In this document: in pieces, positions 60,790-64,000 of the stretch
Layout: every line of letters begins with the position of its first letter
How positions within the stretch are numbered: position 1 is the stretch's first letter
Assembly: GCF_006345805.1 (NCBI RefSeq)
Contig: NC_042997.1
Span: 76,260,001-76,324,000, forward strand
Direction: 5' to 3'
Source of the DNA: Octopus sinensis
Lineage: Eukaryota
Length of the DNA stretch: 64,000 nucleotides
Program-made: the position numbers and the translations under genes
The notes under the pieces: generated by a model
What the model was told of the DNA's origin: nothing
Database searches by the model: none
The model's input: the letters and a program-made list of their open reading frames with translations, nothing else

Positions 60790-63700
60790 ATCCTTAAAAA
60801 TGTTTTAGCCCGAAGGCCGCGGCCATGCTGGGGCACCATCGCTGAATGAGCTACACTAGTTTGTGAATCCACCTCTGATACGTGGCACTTGATCAACAAG
60901 GGAGTTCGATGCTGCTGCCCGCATCCGTGTCTCTGTCGTGAGGTAGGTTCATCTGGGACTCCCAACAAGAAGAGATCCAGTTTAGTTTTAAAGAAACCCA
61001 CATCCACACCATGTAAGTCTCTCAGGCATTTAGGGAGGATGTTAAAGAGCTGTGGTCCTCCGAAACCCAAGCTGTTGCAGTATCTGGACCTGTATTTTGA
61101 TGGTGATGTTGGAATCCTTGGCACCACGCAGCGGCGCCCCGTTCTGCGGTTGGAGTAACTTTGAATGCTAAAGTTTGGGACAAACCCTCCAGGATTTTCC
61201 AGATGTATATCACTGCATATCTATCCGCCTCCGCTCCAGGGAGAAGAGGTTTAATACCTTCAGTCTTTCCCAGTAGCTGACATTTTGCATTGAGACGATT
61301 TTCTTTGTGTAGCTTCTCTGAGTTGCTTCGAGTTCTGCTGTTTGTTTTATATTGTGTGGTGACCAAAGTTGGGAGCAGTAGTCCAAGCGGCTGAGGACAA
61401 TGTTTTCCATAGGACCATCAGTGTCTCCTTCTCTCTGTTCTGAAAGTTCGGAGAGTCCATCCAGCTAGCCGTCTGCATTTTATCACCAGATTAGCAATAT
61501 GCATTTGGAAAGATGCATCATTGCTCATGTCAATGCCCAGGTCACGCACTGATTTTGACGCAGGGATTGCAATTCTTCCTGGGCCAGTGTATCCAGTCTT
61601 CACGTCATTTACCTTTGTGTGCCAGTAGCGCAGGGCCTGGAACTTACCTGCATTAAACTGCATGTTGTTGTCCTCAGCCCACCTGTATATTGTGTCCAGC
61701 TCATGTTGCAGATGCGCAATATTTTCAGGGTTTTGTATTGCGTGGGAGTCTTTTGTGTCATCTGCGCATAGCTAGCAAGGGTGGTCATCGTAGCAACTGA
61801 AGGCATGTCTGAAAGGGCCACTATGAACATCAGTGGCCCCAAGACAGTGCCCTGTGGGACACCGCTTGTTATTTGCGTTTCCCTGGAGGTGGCTCCATTG
61901 CTCACAACTGCCTGTTTTCTGTCTTTTAGGAAGTTGTGCAGCCACTCTCCAAGTTTCCCGCCTATGCCGAGACCACGCAGTTTGTGTGACAGATCATACC
62001 ATGGTCGACTTTATCAAAGGCTTTTGCAAAGTCAAGAGATATTACATCCACATTTGAGCCATTTAGTAGCTGTTTCAACACCCAGTCATAGTGTTGCAGG
62101 AGCTGTGTTAGGCAGCCTCTACCTGGTCGAAATCCATGCTGGGTGTCAGACAGTAAGTCATTTTCTTCAAGGAACATGATTAGTTTCTTACGGACTATTC
62201 GTTCCATGACTTTGCTGATGTGTGAGGTCAGAGAGATAGGCTATAATTTTTAGCATCTGCTCTGCTACCTCCCTTATGGATAGGGCATATTACCCCCTCT
62301 TTCAGTTTGACTGGGAGCTTACCACTTGCAAGAAAGCTCTGAAAAAGAAGCTGTAGCGGTTTTGCAAGGGCTTGTTTGCACGATTTGAGAAGGATCGCTG
62401 GGAATCCATCAGGTCCAGCAGCTGAGTTTGTGTCAATCTCATCAATGGCTAGTGTGATATCATCTTCTTCGATGTTGATGTACTCAATTTTTGTCTCTTT
62501 GGTCGCTGGTAAAGTGGCAAAGAATTCTTCTGGGTTGTTTACTTGCCTGTGTCCTAGAGGTGTAGTGAACACACTTTGGAACTGTTCATTCAGTATTTCA
62601 CTTATCCTCGTGGGATTTCCTGTGAGAGAGCCATCTTTTTGGAAGAGAGGTCCTATTCTCTGGTGCACTGTGGCTGTTTCTTTGGCAAACTTAAAGAAAG
62701 CTTTAGGGTTGATTTTATATTTTCTATTACCCAAGCTTCTTTATCTGCTCTCTCCTTTTCATGGGACTGATGTAGACTTTTCTCAGTTTCCATTAGCATT
62801 CTTTCGAGCCGAGACTTCTCACCACTTTTGGTGTGCTTGCTCAGGCGGTTTGCAATCTTGTCCGTCGTCTCATAAGAATCCTCCTTTCTCTAGGATCCTG
62901 TTTTTGTTCTTGTGTGTGCTGGCCCTGCACATTGGGACATATTTGTCACATATGGCTTGTATTATGGACATGAAGTGCTTGTGTTTCATGTTTATGTCCG
63001 GTGTGGAGAGACATTCAGGCCAATCCTGTTTGAGGATCTCTTTCTCAATCGACTTCCAGTTGGCTTTATGAAAGTTTAAGTTGGAGAGATGGTGGGTGCT
63101 TCGTATAGGCTGTGTGTCTGCGGGGGCTTTTGTTCCATACATAGACAGCTCTATTATGTTGTGATCCGAGATCATTGTCGGCATCACATTAACATTATGG
63201 ATAATATCCATATTGTTTGTAAAGCAGAGATCCAGTATATTATCTGCCCTTGTTGGTTGCAGAACTATTTGCTCCATGAAAGAGGTATTTGTGAGATGGA
63301 GCAGGGACTCCACCTGTGCCTGCTGATGGTGTGTCATCCCTGGGAGCATCTGCCCCCCAGGCCATTCCACATTGGGGAGGTTAAAGTCACCCATGAAGAA
63401 TACACTGTTGTGCTGTTCAAGGTTGGTGAGGACTTCTCCTATTTTTGTTAGGCAGTCTTCAAACATGCCCGAGTGCTTTGGGGCGTCCGGTGGGCGATAT
63501 GTAGTGCATATGACGATATTCAGTTGTCTTATGTGTACAATTTGAGTTTCACATACTGAGTTTGAATATGACAGCAGGACCTGGGGCGTGAGGTCATCTC
63601 GGATGTACATTGCAACTCCACCATGGCTCCTCCCTTTTCTATCTGTGCGTATGACTGCATATTGCGGCATGTGTATTTCTGCATCACCTATATCGGGTTC

Positions 63701-64000
63701 AAGATGCGTTTCTGTGAGTGCCATGCATATAGCTTGATTGCATGTCACAAGGTCTCTCAGGAATGAAAATTTCTTTTTACAGTTTCCGCGCAGCAGCCCT
63801 CCTACATTCAGTAGAAATATTTTTGTGGTGTGTGTGTTGGTGTTGGTGTCTGTGGTGGCCATCCTGCATCTGTTGGAGGTGGCCTTATGTGGTGGTAGTT
63901 CCAGCTTTGTGCTTGTAGCCAGGTCAGCTGCTGAACAAATTTTTGTGCCATGCACAAAAAAGACTGCTGTTCAGCTGCCGCCCTTCTCACATCTGGGTGA
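60790..64000 (-). mobile_element. CR1-clade LINE (APE plus RT), multiply frameshifted, 5' end beyond window
   Basis: APE 62870..63955 (LTETHL, YRPP, GDFNLP, NILDL, SDHN); QHGFRPGRGC, DFAKAFDKV, SGVPQGTVLGP, SRLDYCSQLWSP, SLERRR. Confidence 0.9.

Noticed and set aside
17983-64000. Numerous short ORF-track entries (antisense to TE ORFs, or TG/CA/TA repeat translations such as 18022..18321, 37023..37334, 41066..41858)
   Set aside because: Explained by shadow frames or microsatellites; no host-gene signature.

Overview
Eukaryotic, AT-rich, almost entirely transposon-derived DNA. I found no host gene, rRNA, tRNA or CRISPR array. The repeat content suggests an octopus or other coleoid cephalopod, but this is from recollection and not verified. 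The main structure is at 1-17.3 kb: six Tx1-group (L1 clade) non-LTR elements in a strict head-to-tail array on the minus strand. It holds two full ORF1+ORF2 elements, three ORF1-only elements and one edge-truncated copy, joined by spacers of only about 4-18 nt. All share a 5' terminal motif, and the five with a visible 3' end share a terminal motif that lacks poly(A). They also share a splice-donor-like site at the ORF1 end and a candidate 3'UTR pseudoknot. In the ORF1-only units a 39-52 codon hydrophobic micro-ORF, coupled by TGATG, sits where ORF2 would be. The rest of the window is decayed, nested elements: Penelope-like elements with hammerhead ribozymes, RTE and CR1 LINEs, more Tx1 copies, Helitron, piggyBac, hAT and Gypsy fragments, a solo LTR, two small retrozyme-like elements, microsatellites and a 100-N gap. 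Every long ORF carries a disabling lesion or is split from its partner; homopolymer frameshifts could be sequencing errors.
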